Shown one piece after another: positions 41,627 to 53,513 of a stretch of 64,000 nucleotides of DNA (position 1 is the stretch's first letter; each line of letters begins with the position of its first letter). Both the position numbers and the translations under genes were made by a program. The stretch comes from Histomonas meleagridis 2922-C6/04-290x (taxonomy: Eukaryota; Protista; Parabasalia): contig JAANOX010000034.1 in the NCBI GenBank assembly GCA_020184695.1, forward strand, positions 496,001 to 560,000, read 5' to 3'. A model generated the notes under the pieces. That model saw only the letters and a program-made list of their open reading frames with translations. It did not search any database and was not told the origin of the DNA.

Positions 41627-44600
41627 ATGGAAACTCCTCGTCCACCTGAAGAGCAATCCAAAGATCTTGAACAATTTTTAGCACCACACTTAGATTCATT
41701 TAATTGGGCTGTTACTACAGGTTTACAAAAAATTCCAAGTTGGATTCTTCCACAAGAAATCAAAAGAGAAGATGAGGATGAAATTCTTAGATTCCAAGTC
41801 ACTGATCTTTCTCTTTCTAAACCTCATGATGCTCGAGGTAAACCAATATTTCCATTTCAATGTCGTTTAGGGGGAACAACTTATGGTGGTTCCCTTCAAA
41901 TCACCATCAAAGCTACATATGGAAATCTTCCATCACATAAGATCACAATTATGTGTGATAATATTCCAATTATGATTAATAGTTGTCTTTGTCACTTACA
42001 TGGTTTAACACCTCAACAAAAAGCCGATCTTCTTGAAGAAGAGACCGAAAGTGGTGGTTATTTTATTGCTAATGGATATGAAAAATTACTTCGACTTTTA
42101 ATTCTTAATCGTCAAAACTATGTATTTGCAATTTCACGTCAATCATATCTTAGCAAAGGCGAATTTTTCTCAACCTTTGCCACTTCCTTAAGGTCATGTG
42201 CTCCAGATTGTTCATCAGTCACGACCAATGTTCATTATCTTACAAATGGCAACATGATGGTTTTAATTCCAGTCCAACGTCGTATGTTCTTTGTCCCATT
42301 ACCCATTATCCTTAAGGCTCTTATTGAATGTACTGATAAGGCAATATATTTATCAATTACCGAAGGCAAAAACGACACATTTGTAAGCGATCGAGTCTTA
42401 GCAACACTTAAATATTCAGCTGAGCTCCATGTTAACACTAGTGAAGCAGCACGAGATTATCTCGGTGCACATTTCAAGCGTTTATCCTCAGCCATTGGTG
42501 CACCAGCGCATTTTACTAATGACCAAGTCACCCAATTATTACTTGATCGCTATCTATTTCCACATTTAACGGGTAAATCTCCAAGTGCCAAGTATGATTT
42601 ACTCATTTTCATGACCAAACGACTTTTATCATTAGTCAAAGGCGATGTAATGCCAGATAATATGGATGCGACTTCATGTCATGAGTTATTAACACCCGGA
42701 ACATTATGGTTAGCAGCATTAAGTGATGGGATTAGTGACTTTTTACGTGGTACAGCATCACAAATCATTAAAGACCAAAACCATAAACTTGAAAACTTCG
42801 ATAAGTTATCGATGATCTTAAAGAAATCGGTCAGTTCAGTCGAGAGTAAAATGCGCTATTTGTTTAGCACCGGTCAAATTCGAGGTAATTCAACATTAGG
42901 TTTATCACAAGTTGATGGTTTATCTATTATGGCCGAGCGTATTAATTATTGTCGTTATTTAGCACACTTTAGATCAGTACATAGAGGCGCATTCTTTGCG
43001 AGTATGAAAACTACAGCAGTCCGTAAGTTATTACCTGAGTCATGGGGATTTATGTGTCCAGTACATACTCCAGATGGAGGGTTATGTGGCTTATTAACAC
43101 ATTTAGCACGAATGTGTCAAGTTGTATGTGGAGAAAATGTCGGAGCAGAAGAATGTAAGAAAGTATTAGCAGCGAATGGAATGATACCATTTATGATACA
43201 AGGAGGTACGCCATGTATAGTTAATGGTGAAATTGTTGGATGTTTATTAGATATTAACTTAGAAACAGCAGTTAATGCATTAAAGATTGCACGATTAAAT
43301 GGATTTGTACCAGAAACAGTTGAAATTGCTTCGTTACCAGCTACTATTGGATTTACGAAATCAGTATATGTATTTACTAATCAACAACGTATGATGAGAC
43401 CAGTATATAATATCAAAGAAAAGAAAATAGAATATATTGGACCACTTGAACAAATCTTTATGTCAATTGATGCATTACCTCTTAAAGAAGATGAAGATGT
43501 TAGTATCAGACTTAAGCATCATACACATTGTGAAATACATCAAACTTCAATGTTATCATTAGTAGCATCATTAACACCATTTTCTGATTATAATCAATCA
43601 CCACGTAATATGTATCAATGTCAAATGGCTAAACAAACTATGGGTTATCCATCACATAATGAATCAGCACGTACTGAAAACAAAACTTATCATGTCCATT
43701 ATCCACAACGTCCAATCATTCGTAACTCTACACAAGATTCACATGCGTTATTAGACTTTCCTTTAGGTACTAATGCATGTGTAGCAGTTTTATCATATAC
43801 AGGTTATGATATGGAAGATGCGTTAATCTTAAATAAGAGTTCAGTTGAAAGAGGCTTTGGACATGGTTGTATCTATAAGACGCATAGATATTCTGCAAAA
43901 GAAATCGAAACTAATGGTATCTTTTCTAACACAAGAGATGGGAAAATCATTGATGATGAATTAGATAAAGATGGATTACCATTTGTAGGTCAAGAAGTAC
44001 ATAAAGGCACAAAAATATTACGTGTGATTAACCCGCAAACACAAAAAGAAAGAGTTATGCGTTATAAAGATGGAGAAGATGGTTGGGTCGATCAAGTAAT
44101 TACATCTGGTGATAGTGAAGGTAATATATCATCAGTCGTCATCAAGTTTCGTATGGATAGAACGCCAACTATCGGTGATAAGTTCTCATCACGTCACGGA
44201 CAAAAAGGTGTGTTCTCATTCCCTTGGCCCGAAGAGAATATGCCATTTACTGAGAGTGGAATGCGCCCTGATGTTATCATTAATCCGCATGCATTTCCAT
44301 CACGTATGACCATTGGTATGTTGATTGAGTCGATGTGTGGCAAAGTTCAAGCGAATGACATTTGTGAATCATTTGATGCTACACCATTTACATATGATGA
44401 AAAGAATCGAGCAGTAGAAGTTATTGGAAAGCGATTAGTTGAACGAGGATTTAATTATTATGGTAATGAAGTAATGTATTCCGGAATCACAGGAGAACAA
44501 TTTAAGGCTGATATCTTCTTCGGAGTTGTGTATTATCAAAGATTAAGACATATGGTTGGCGATAAATATCAAGTTAGAGCAACTGGAAGAATTAATAATA

Positions 44601-44938
44601 TAACAAGACAACCTTTGAAGGGTAGGAAGAAAGGTGGAGGAATTAGATTGGGAGAAATGGAAAGAGATGGTTTGCTGGGTCAAGGTGTTTCGTTCTTGTT
44701 AAGAGATAGATTCATGTGGTGCAGCGATGGTTGCACTGCTTACTTGTGTAGGAAATGCGGTTCGTTCTTGTTCACACATAAAAGAAGAAACGAAAACGAT
44801 TACGAAGAAGTTTATTGCGACTTTTGTAAGGAGGCAGGAAAAACTTCAACTGTTTTCATCCCTTACGTGTTAAGATATTTGACAGCAGAATTGGCCGCAA
44901 TGAATATTAGAATGAAATTCGAAGTTGACGAAGATTAA
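41627..44938 (+). CDS. RPA2: RNA polymerase I second-largest subunit
   Basis: VRKLLPESWGFMCPVHTPDGGLCGL, GDKFSSRHGQKG, NPHAFPSRMTIG, GGIRLGEMERD, C-terminal zinc site. Confidence 0.93.
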   Translation: METPRPPEEQSKDLEQFLAPHLDSFNWAVTTGLQKIPSWILPQEIKREDEDEILRFQVTDLSLSKPHDARGKPIFPFQCRLGGTTYGGSLQITIKATYGNLPSHKITIMCDNIPIMINSCLCHLHGLTPQQKADLLEEETESGGYFIANGYEKLLRLLILNRQNYVFAISRQSYLSKGEFFSTFATSLRSCAPDCSSVTTNVHYLTNGNMMVLIPVQRRMFFVPLPIILKALIECTDKAIYLSITEGKNDTFVSDRVLATLKYSAELHVNTSEAARDYLGAHFKRLSSAIGAPAHFTNDQVTQLLLDRYLFPHLTGKSPSAKYDLLIFMTKRLLSLVKGDVMPDNMDATSCHELLTPGTLWLAALSDGISDFLRGTASQIIKDQNHKLENFDKLSMILKKSVSSVESKMRYLFSTGQIRGNSTLGLSQVDGLSIMAERINYCRYLAHFRSVHRGAFFASMKTTAVRKLLPESWGFMCPVHTPDGGLCGLLTHLARMCQVVCGENVGAEECKKVLAANGMIPFMIQGGTPCIVNGEIVGCLLDINLETAVNALKIARLNGFVPETVEIASLPATIGFTKSVYVFTNQQRMMRPVYNIKEKKIEYIGPLEQIFMSIDALPLKEDEDVSIRLKHHTHCEIHQTSMLSLVASLTPFSDYNQSPRNMYQCQMAKQTMGYPSHNESARTENKTYHVHYPQRPIIRNSTQDSHALLDFPLGTNACVAVLSYTGYDMEDALILNKSSVERGFGHGCIYKTHRYSAKEIETNGIFSNTRDGKIIDDELDKDGLPFVGQEVHKGTKILRVINPQTQKERVMRYKDGEDGWVDQVITSGDSEGNISSVVIKFRMDRTPTIGDKFSSRHGQKGVFSFPWPEENMPFTESGMRPDVIINPHAFPSRMTIGMLIESMCGKVQANDICESFDATPFTYDEKNRAVEVIGKRLVERGFNYYGNEVMYSGITGEQFKADIFFGVVYYQRLRHMVGDKYQVRATGRINNITRQPLKGRKKGGGIRLGEMERDGLLGQGVSFLLRDRFMWCSDGCTAYLCRKCGSFLFTHKRRNENDYEEVYCDFCKEAGKTSTVFIPYVLRYLTAELAAMNIRMKFEVDED

Positions 44939-44999
44939 ATAATAATAAATAAATAATAAATTTTTTTATTTGGAGTTGTTTCGGTATCTGATCAAAGAT

Positions 45000-45360
45000 A
45001 AACAAAAATGACGTTGAATTCGTTTTATCCTATGTTCAAAGGGTAAGTTAAGGACATCTGTATGCAATTTTCATGTGCAAAGGATAGTGCTGTCCAAATA
45101 AATATCTTTAGCATTAACATCAATTCCTTCTTGCTCAAGAAGTAATTTTACTATTCCTATATAACCTCTTTCAGATGCTCTAATAAGTGCTGTATGAAAT
45201 AATTTGAATAATTTCCAAATTTTATTTTGAAATTTTATATTATTAAAACAAATTCTAAATAAAACAAATAAATATTTTTAGCATTAGTATCAATTCCTTA
45301 TTGTTCTAAAAGGAATTTGTCTGATTCTGTGTGATTATTATAAGATGATATCATTAAGAT
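45000..45360 (-). pseudogene. Ankyrin remnant with one 80-nt spacer (45194-45273) and one collapsed 10-nt spacer (45094-45103)
   Basis: TALIRASERGYIGIVKLLLEQEGIDVNAKD-ATTTATTTGG-TALSFAHEN; additional indel and stops. Confidence 0.75.
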
Positions 45361-46067
45361 ATATTATAATAAAAATCAGAAGAATTTTGATTATGAAATA
45401 AAGTCATCCATTATAATAATGAATTTCAATGAAGAAAAGCAATTATTTTAATTTTGCTAAAAATATAAAATAAATTGAATTTAATTCATTACAACAGCAA
45501 CGACAATTTAGAAGTATATATTAAATATTTTTTGCATGAAACAAATAAATTAAATCAAGAAAAATGAACAAAAGGTTGAAGCAAGCTTCTTTGTGATGTT
45601 GCGGCTTTTAAGTTGACTTTTTTCTCGGAATAACTTTTTGTAAAAAAAAAAAAAATATTTGAAATTAAAAAATAAAAATATCATAAAAAAGACCAATAAA
45701 TTCACTTAAAGACATGTTACATAGCATTTATTCTCCACTTTTATTAATATTCTTAAGTTATATAAAAATTTCATAGTGTAATTGCTTATACTATTACAAA
45801 AATTACACACTCTATAAGCAAAAATAAACCATTTTAAAAAATATGATAATATAAATGATCATCCTAATTCCATATTAAATCATTTATTGCTGCAGAAGAA
45901 ATAACACGAACGTTTATTTTATTTATTAACTTTACTTGTTTCAATTTTCAATCAGTAATTGGTCAGAATGTTTTATGCTCACTTTTTCCACATAAAGTGC
46001 CAGTTTTTTAATCATTGAATTTTTCTATCGTTCAGAAACCACCTCCCCAAAAACCGTTTGGCGCCAT

Positions 46068-49007
46068 ATGTCCAGCGATCAAGTCAAGAGCAATGCCAAG
46101 GCTTTTGCTAAGGTAACTGATATCGTTAATCAACACATCGATCTAAATAAAAAATATGATGATATAAAGGAAAAATATGATCTTAAAGGCCAAATTGATC
46201 AACTTTGTGCTCATGTTTCATCCAAAGGCAGAGTTGTTACAACAATTCCTGAAGTTATTCAATATATTGAGTCTACAAATAATAATTCTAAGCAAGAAAA
46301 CAAACAACTCAAAAAAGCGTTACGAGACAAAATCTTTGTTCAAAGCGAACTTAAAAACGCCACAGTTGATTCCTTTGATAGAACGCAACAAGATGAACAA
46401 AATCAAAAGCGACTTAACGCTGAAATCGAACATAATGAAGAATTACAAATGAAAATTGCTGAATATGAAACAAATAATTCACAATTACAAATCGAACTTA
46501 ATGAAGCAAAAGAAACCATCAACAAACAAAAAGAAATGTTAGCGAAAGCAGAGTCCAAATATCAGAATTCGATTATTTCATCTTCGAATGATTTCCAACA
46601 AACGATTTCATTATTAGAAGAATTTATCGAAGAGAAAGACAAACAAATTACACTTTTATATAAGCAAAGAAGTGATTTAATTCAAAGTGCTCAAAAGATT
46701 GATTTAATTATTGGGAAAGTTGAAGAAAAATATAATAATTTAACAAACGAAAATAATTTATTAAATGAAAAGTCAAATGAATTACAAATACAAATTGAAG
46801 AACTTAAAAATGAATCATTTTTAACATCTGAAACATTAAAACAAGAAATACAAAATATATTACCCGAAAACATTGCGGAAGAATCCGAAAAATATCAAAA
46901 CTTATCATTTAATAATTATATTAAATCGATTATACAACTTTTTACTAAATATAATGAAGCAATTCTCCAAAATTCTAATGATGAAAACAATGAGAAAAAT
47001 GAAATTTCGAGAAGAGAAAATGCACTTGTAGTACAACTAGAAAATATTATTTCATTTATTAGAACAATCTCAAAGACAGATAATATTGATCCTTATGATC
47101 AAACATTAATTTCGATACAATGTGCACGTGTTGGACAATTTATTGATGAAGAATTCGATGGAATACAAATCAATAATTATCCATCATTAATTAAATCAAA
47201 TGAACTTAAATCAATTATGAAAATATTTTTGGATTTCGTTAATCAAAATGATATTGAAGAAACGCCAATTAAAGAACTTTATATACTTTTCATTATAATT
47301 CTTCAAGTTAATTCATTATTGTTTAAACAAACAGATGATTTAATGCAAGAATCAAATAAATCAAAAGTAAATCAGCAATTAAATGATGAAAAACTTCAAA
47401 TCGAATTGGAATTAAATCAAATGAAAAATAAATTAGAAAAATCAAATGAAATTATTGGTAATTTAATTGAAGTCGATTCATCATTTGATTTCTTTGAGAA
47501 TTTTAATGATTTCGTCGAGATATTTAATGAAATTAATAAACAAAATGAAGAAAACAAATCGTTAATAAATGATTTGGAAGAAAATAATAATGAAAACAAT
47601 GAAAGAATTAAACAATTAGAAAACATTAAAGAAAAAATCGAAAATTCAAATAAAAAATTGTTATATGATAATAACGTTTTACTTGAAAAAATTAAAAAAG
47701 ATAAAATGGAAAATAATGAAAAGATACAAAAACTAAATCAACAAAAAGAAACTTTAAATGATATGATAACTGAACAAGAGAAACAAATAAATGAAATAAT
47801 AAAAACGAAATCCGAAAAAATAACAAAATTCAAAGAACAAAATCAAAAACTTGAGACGACAAACAAAGAAATGAATTCCAAAAACAAAACATTAGAATTA
47901 AATAATCAAATTATATCTAATGAAAACAATACTTTAAAGTCACAAATTAATACATTACTAAAAGAAAATGAAAAAATTCGAAATGAAAATCTAAAACTTC
48001 AACAAAAGAATACACAAATTAAAGAACAAAATCAAAAACTTAAAAATATTAATACTGAAACACTTGAAAACATTAAAGAACAAAACAAATCATTACATAA
48101 GTTATATGATAATCGTGTTTCATCGCTTGAAACTAAAGTCAATGAATATCAAATTAATAATAAAGAATTAGAAGAAACAATTAAAACATTACAAAGTAAA
48201 ATAACGCAATCACAAAATGAACTTTCGAACATGAAAATTAATGAACTTAAATTGAAATGTAATATATCGAAATTAAATGAACAACTTCAACTTAATGATA
48301 ACTTATATAACACTAAACTTAAAACATCACAGTTTGTAACAGAACAAAAAGTTAATGAAAATGAACAAAAAATTAAAGATATTAATAATATGTTATTACA
48401 AATTATAAAAAATAATTTTAATGTTCAAAAATTACAAAGTGAAAACTTAAACGAAACAATCGAAAAACTTTCGAAGTTACTTAAAGAATCAGAAATAAAT
48501 CAAATTATTAAACTTAAGGAAACAATTGGAATTAATTCATTCATCGAATATTATAATGATATCCAAAACGAATTAGATGAGAAAAATTTGGTTTTAATTA
48601 ACAATGAAAATAAAATTAATAAACTTGCAAAACAATTAAAGAAAATGTTGAAAGAAAAAGAAAACTCCGATAAATTAATCGATGAATGTCGAACATGGAA
48701 TAAATGGGCAAATTCATTGTACTATCAAGTGACGGATATGAAAGTGTCGCAAAGGATAAATGGTAACGAGTTAAGACATTCGTTGGAAGAATTGGTGTAT
48801 AATTCGATTGGTAATAGAGCGTTACATAGGAAATTGGAATTGTTGAGAACGCAAAAACAAGTGCTGAAGTCAAATAAGTTCGCGCCGATATTGTACGCAA
48901 AGATAAATAGAGAAACGAACTCACTGAGGCCAATAATTCTGACTGCAATGTGCTTGAATAGACTCAAAAAAAGAGGCGGAAACGCACTGAGTAATTATGT
49001 TAAATAA
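46068..49007 (+). CDS. Long coiled-coil protein
   Basis: 979-aa ORF dominated by N/E/K/Q heptads. Confidence 0.8.
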   Translation: MSSDQVKSNAKAFAKVTDIVNQHIDLNKKYDDIKEKYDLKGQIDQLCAHVSSKGRVVTTIPEVIQYIESTNNNSKQENKQLKKALRDKIFVQSELKNATVDSFDRTQQDEQNQKRLNAEIEHNEELQMKIAEYETNNSQLQIELNEAKETINKQKEMLAKAESKYQNSIISSSNDFQQTISLLEEFIEEKDKQITLLYKQRSDLIQSAQKIDLIIGKVEEKYNNLTNENNLLNEKSNELQIQIEELKNESFLTSETLKQEIQNILPENIAEESEKYQNLSFNNYIKSIIQLFTKYNEAILQNSNDENNEKNEISRRENALVVQLENIISFIRTISKTDNIDPYDQTLISIQCARVGQFIDEEFDGIQINNYPSLIKSNELKSIMKIFLDFVNQNDIEETPIKELYILFIIILQVNSLLFKQTDDLMQESNKSKVNQQLNDEKLQIELELNQMKNKLEKSNEIIGNLIEVDSSFDFFENFNDFVEIFNEINKQNEENKSLINDLEENNNENNERIKQLENIKEKIENSNKKLLYDNNVLLEKIKKDKMENNEKIQKLNQQKETLNDMITEQEKQINEIIKTKSEKITKFKEQNQKLETTNKEMNSKNKTLELNNQIISNENNTLKSQINTLLKENEKIRNENLKLQQKNTQIKEQNQKLKNINTETLENIKEQNKSLHKLYDNRVSSLETKVNEYQINNKELEETIKTLQSKITQSQNELSNMKINELKLKCNISKLNEQLQLNDNLYNTKLKTSQFVTEQKVNENEQKIKDINNMLLQIIKNNFNVQKLQSENLNETIEKLSKLLKESEINQIIKLKETIGINSFIEYYNDIQNELDEKNLVLINNENKINKLAKQLKKMLKEKENSDKLIDECRTWNKWANSLYYQVTDMKVSQRINGNELRHSLEELVYNSIGNRALHRKLELLRTQKQVLKSNKFAPILYAKINRETNSLRPIILTAMCLNRLKKRGGNALSNYVK

Positions 49008-49381
49008 ACAAAAGTTTCTGAATAATAAAAGAAAATATTTTGAACATTAAATGTGTCAGACAATCTAATAAAGTATGTATTTTCTCCTTAAAATGTTGAA
49101 TCTCCAGTTAACTGAGTTTCTGTACTATCCCTGAGAACATTTCCATGGTGAACAACTTATGAAATACAAATTAATGTTATTAAAAGTTGATATATATTTT
49201 TTTTGTCAAAATGCTTATAATCTTAAAGATATCCGAATATTTCTATTATTCAAACATTAAAATATGTAACAATCAAATACAATTTAATTCCGTAAACCCA
49301 TTTTTTCTTTGCTCTCTATTAAATGTTTTTTATGTAAAACGTTTAAACTTATGTAAAAAAGGATTACAATCCGAATAACAT

Positions 49382-50272
49382 TTATTTAACATTTATCTTC
49401 ACCAGTCTTGCTGATCTTGGTGAAACAATGATCGGCTTCGGCGGTTTCTTCACATCACCTACTAAAAAGTGCTGTTTACGATTAATTTCGATACAATTTG
49501 ATTTGACTGACATGTCACTTTTGTACTTTTCGTCGAGTTTTCTGAGCGCTTCTTCTCTTTCGTTGTTTAGTAGCAGTATTTCTCTTTTGTGTCTATCTGT
49601 CAATTGCTTTCTAAGTCTTTTTACGTCTGCGCGTGGAGGTGAATGATGTACTGTTTGCATACGAGATGCAGTTGCAATAGCTCTGACTTTAAACGTTGGT
49701 GACGATGTGTATGAGTCAGGAATAACTTTTACGACCTTGGGCGTGGTCTTTACCATGTTTGAAATTCCATTCCTTGTATCAAATGCTTTGAGTTCTTTTG
49801 AATGTTTTTCAAGTAATTTTTTGATTTTGATTCTGTACTTCTCTTGTTCACACTCAACAGCCTTTGCCCATGCTTGAGACTCTTTTTCTAAATCTTCTTT
49901 TGCTTGAGAGATTTGTGCATCATTTACATTAATTGTTTCTTCAATTAAATTTTCAGGGTGAAAAATAGGAGGCATTAATTTCTTTGTAGTGTTAAGATCG
50001 AAATTGGTTGTAAAATTTTTATTTTCGGTTGAATCTTGATAATATGGTTGATAAGATTCTGGATTATCAGAAAAATCTTCATCATCATCTGAATGAGTTA
50101 TTACATATGATTCATCAGGATAAATATCTTCATCACTATCATCTTTAGTTCTTGGTGATTGTGCAAGAAATTGTGGAGGGAAGAAATGTCTACGATAAAA
50201 CTCATTAGAATTCTGAGGGACATGGACTTCGTCAATTACAATCGGCCCGTTGGATTGCATTTGCGAGCTCAT
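49382..50272 (-). CDS. Hypothetical coiled-coil protein
   Basis: 296 aa; acidic N-terminal region and two charged helical segments. Confidence 0.7.
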   Translation of the reverse strand: MSSQMQSNGPIVIDEVHVPQNSNEFYRRHFFPPQFLAQSPRTKDDSDEDIYPDESYVITHSDDDEDFSDNPESYQPYYQDSTENKNFTTNFDLNTTKKLMPPIFHPENLIEETINVNDAQISQAKEDLEKESQAWAKAVECEQEKYRIKIKKLLEKHSKELKAFDTRNGISNMVKTTPKVVKVIPDSYTSSPTFKVRAIATASRMQTVHHSPPRADVKRLRKQLTDRHKREILLLNNEREEALRKLDEKYKSDMSVKSNCIEINRKQHFLVGDVKKPPKPIIVSPRSARLVKINVK

Positions 50273-50559
50273 GATGTGTATTTCTGGAACGGATTTAAAC
50301 TGACGATTTTATAAATATTTTTTTATATAAATTTTTTGAACTATATAATTGAAAACAATTAGCATTACTAAAATAATAATTATTTCTATAATATAAATTT
50401 TCTAATTACTCTAAATATAGATTAATATATATATATTATGTTAAGATAATTCGATTTTGATCAAATCTGACTAGATACTTTTTGTGTGGATTGAATTCAG
50501 GTGTAAACCTCACGCACAAAAACCGTCGGAAGTGGACTTTTTTATTTGATAAATTTTAA

Positions 50560-52239
50560 ATGACTGAAGAAGCTGTCTTTCGGATTGCTCCATTACCAAC
50601 ATATGCGCCAAAATACATGACAACAAAAGCAATCACTGTTGGTAAAAATGTTGTAGATTATATAAAGAAAAGTATGGGAGTTACAGTTCCAGAAGCATTT
50701 ATTCAAAGTTGTGATCAATTAGATCAATTAAGAATTACATTCTCTTCTAAGTATGAAACAATTGAAAATGTTGCTGCTTTTGCAGATTATAATCATTTAC
50801 TTCGTTCAGTAACAAAAGATGTGAATCTTGAGGAAGCAAAAATTTCATTCAAATGGGATAAAGGAAGTGGTGGCGTTGATTTTGAAATATGTTGCATGGG
50901 TTGTAATATTGTTAATGGTCTTCTTGCTTCAGCATCTCAAATTTCACTATCAGAATTAGCAGGATTACAACCATTTGTTTCAAAAATTGTTACTGCTCGA
51001 GGTATAATGAACAAGTTATTAGAGATGTATGACCCATCTTTTGCTCCTACTCTCAAAGAAGATTATATCAATAACATTTCTTGTTACATAGACGCTTTTT
51101 ATGCACACGCAACTGTTGCCACTATAGCTCTGAAGTCACCAACAAAGTATGTACTCTATTCTAGGGTTGCCAAAGCTGCCAGTGAAAAATATCAATTATG
51201 TTCACAAATTCCATATTCAATTTATTTCGATGTACTTGCAAATGTTCGTATGTCAGAGAATTGCATTGAAGGATCAGAATATGGCAAAGCAATTGCATAT
51301 GGCACAAAAGCGCAACAATTAATTCCAAGCACATTATCCAGCAAAGAAAAGAAAACAGCGCAGAAGCTTGTCGACACCATTTTTGCGCCATTTAGAGCCA
51401 AATTTGATCAATGTGAGCGTGACAACACACAATTATATTTAGATCCAATTCCAAAAGAACTCGATGAAATTCAACCAGCGGCTAACCAATGCCCACCCAA
51501 GTTTAACTGGGAGAGTACAGCCCAAGTATCACCCATCCAAGATTCGATATCTGGATCATCAAATGAAAGGATCAATCAAAAGTTCGAAAACATCAAATCC
51601 CAAACCACTAACTGTATGCGTGACATAGATGCCTTCTTAGCCCAATCACCTGCTACTTTCACGCGCGACATTTCCGAAATTCAGCATCAAATGGCGACCG
51701 TTAGGAACGAAGTTCAACAAATTGCACGATTAGTCGAAGATAAGCTCCGAGTTGATCACCAACGCATCCAGCAAGGTTATCCTAATGCTTATACACATTA
51801 TAACACGCTTGCGCCATTACTTGGCGAAGCCGTATCAATTGATCAAATATATGAACAAGAAATTAATCGAATCAATGAAGTCACCAAACGATTTGAAGGC
51901 GCACCACAACGCTTAAATAGTGCCAAGAACGATATCCAGTTACAAATTACACATGCGCAACAAATTTTCGACGATGCGATGGGCGCATTACAAAACGAAT
52001 CGAACGCGCAAGCAATAATGTCGATTGCAGCAAAGGCATGCAATGATTTAGATGGCGTTATGTCTGCGCTGAATCCGATCTTTGACTTTGTGCAAGGATT
52101 TTCATGCGACTTGCAAAGGGCTGCCGAAGAGTGCCCAAAGATGGGCGCCGTGGTCGAAGGACTTAAGGGCGGAGTCGTGTGCTACGAAAGGCTGCGAAGT
52201 AACTTCTCTAAAATGGTCGGAAAGATTGAATCAGTCTAA
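50560..52239 (+). CDS. BRO1-domain protein (ALIX/Bro1-like, ESCRT accessory)
   Basis: FRIAPLP start, ISFKWD...VDFEICCMGCN, CERDNTQLYLDPIP match BRO1 landmarks; followed by a V-domain-like helical region. Confidence 0.75.
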   Translation: MTEEAVFRIAPLPTYAPKYMTTKAITVGKNVVDYIKKSMGVTVPEAFIQSCDQLDQLRITFSSKYETIENVAAFADYNHLLRSVTKDVNLEEAKISFKWDKGSGGVDFEICCMGCNIVNGLLASASQISLSELAGLQPFVSKIVTARGIMNKLLEMYDPSFAPTLKEDYINNISCYIDAFYAHATVATIALKSPTKYVLYSRVAKAASEKYQLCSQIPYSIYFDVLANVRMSENCIEGSEYGKAIAYGTKAQQLIPSTLSSKEKKTAQKLVDTIFAPFRAKFDQCERDNTQLYLDPIPKELDEIQPAANQCPPKFNWESTAQVSPIQDSISGSSNERINQKFENIKSQTTNCMRDIDAFLAQSPATFTRDISEIQHQMATVRNEVQQIARLVEDKLRVDHQRIQQGYPNAYTHYNTLAPLLGEAVSIDQIYEQEINRINEVTKRFEGAPQRLNSAKNDIQLQITHAQQIFDDAMGALQNESNAQAIMSIAAKACNDLDGVMSALNPIFDFVQGFSCDLQRAAEECPKMGAVVEGLKGGVVCYERLRSNFSKMVGKIESV

Positions 52240-52368
52240 TAAACGATTTAATTTGGAAATTTTTGACGATAAATTCCGTTTTGTGCACTATGCAATCGTT
52301 TGTTGTCGTGATGTGCAAAGATCTGTTCGAAGGAGGTATTGTTGCTTCAGACAAATGCTAATATGTAA

Positions 52369-52455
52369 ACCAATATGTTAAGTGTCCTGTTTGCTAACTG
52401 GTTCTGCTGATACAAAACTTAAGAAGAACAATCCTTTATGATTCATTAAATGTAA
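52369..52455 (+). repeat. Inverted non-coding copy of the eIF2-beta zinc-ribbon segment 37082-37163
   Basis: accaatatgttaagtgtcctgtttgc[taact]ggttctgctgatacaaaactt.agaagaacaatc.tttat.attcattaaatgtaa. Confidence 0.9.
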
Positions 52456-53033
52456 TGGAACTCCATGAGAAAAAAATCCCTTAGATGAAATTCCATATAA
52501 CTTTGTAGGTCATATTTGCCAAAATTAATTGATGATGGAAATACAAAGTCATCAATTACGAGAAGGAAAAATTTAAAATTGAATATTTTCATTCAAAACT
52601 TACCTTAAAAAAACACACTTAAAATATGGATTTATGTAATGAATCATTTTATTTCAAGTCTTGAAAATGTATGGAGAAAAATTGATTTTCATGATTTTAA
52701 CGTACAATTTTCGACCGTTTATTTATCCGATACATCCCATAGGCAACATTAAATTAAGATGGAGTCAACCAACGATCCTATTTACAGAATTTCTTTTAAA
52801 TATAAAATTATATGCACAATCAATAATACTGATCATGCTACCTTAAATAACCTTCATACACAATTATACAGCAAAATATTTATATTTTTAATTTTTAGAA
52901 TTTATTTGAAAATTTTGTAAAAAAAATCATAATTTTGGTTATTCAATTTCCGTGTAAAGTATTTAAAAGTTCAATTGAATACATAAATGGAGTCCCTCAT
53001 GCTTGAATTGACAAAGCTTTGTTAGGCTGTATT

Positions 53034-53513
53034 TTATTTCTTTGCAAAGAAAGCTATGTTGTCACACATGACTTCTTCTAAATGTTTTAAGAAAGGTTTT
53101 ATTATCTCATAATTAACTTTATTTAATATTAGATAATCATAATGTCTATAATAACTCAATATTTCTGGATCATTACTATAAAAAGCTAATCCTTTAACAG
53201 TAAATAATAATGTATTTTCAAAATAAATATCCCATAATGAAACCATTTTTATTCTTCTTTTATTTCCTTTTTTTATAATTCTTTCTCCAACAATTATTTT
53301 TATTAACTTTTCTTTAGCAGTTCTTTCATTAGTATAACTGACTTTTACATAACAATTTATAGCATCATAATATTTGAATAAGAACACTTCTGGTGTTGAA
53401 TCACTTACTAAGAATACTTTTTTAATATCTAATATTACATCTGATTTATTCAGATCATAAGGATATTTTTTTCTAATATCATTAAAATTAAAGTTAGAAT
53501 TAATATCGATCAT
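53034..53513 (-). mobile_element. Truncated ORF resembling the region N-terminal to D5-like/SF3 helicases of Maverick/Polinton-type elements
   Basis: AFYSNDPEILSYYRHYDY...YEIIKPFLKHLEEVMCDN then an abrupt end; no Walker motifs or TIRs seen. Confidence 0.4.

Noticed and set aside
46068-49007. Viral A-type inclusion or repeat protein
   Set aside because: Generic low-complexity coiled coil; no diagnostic domain
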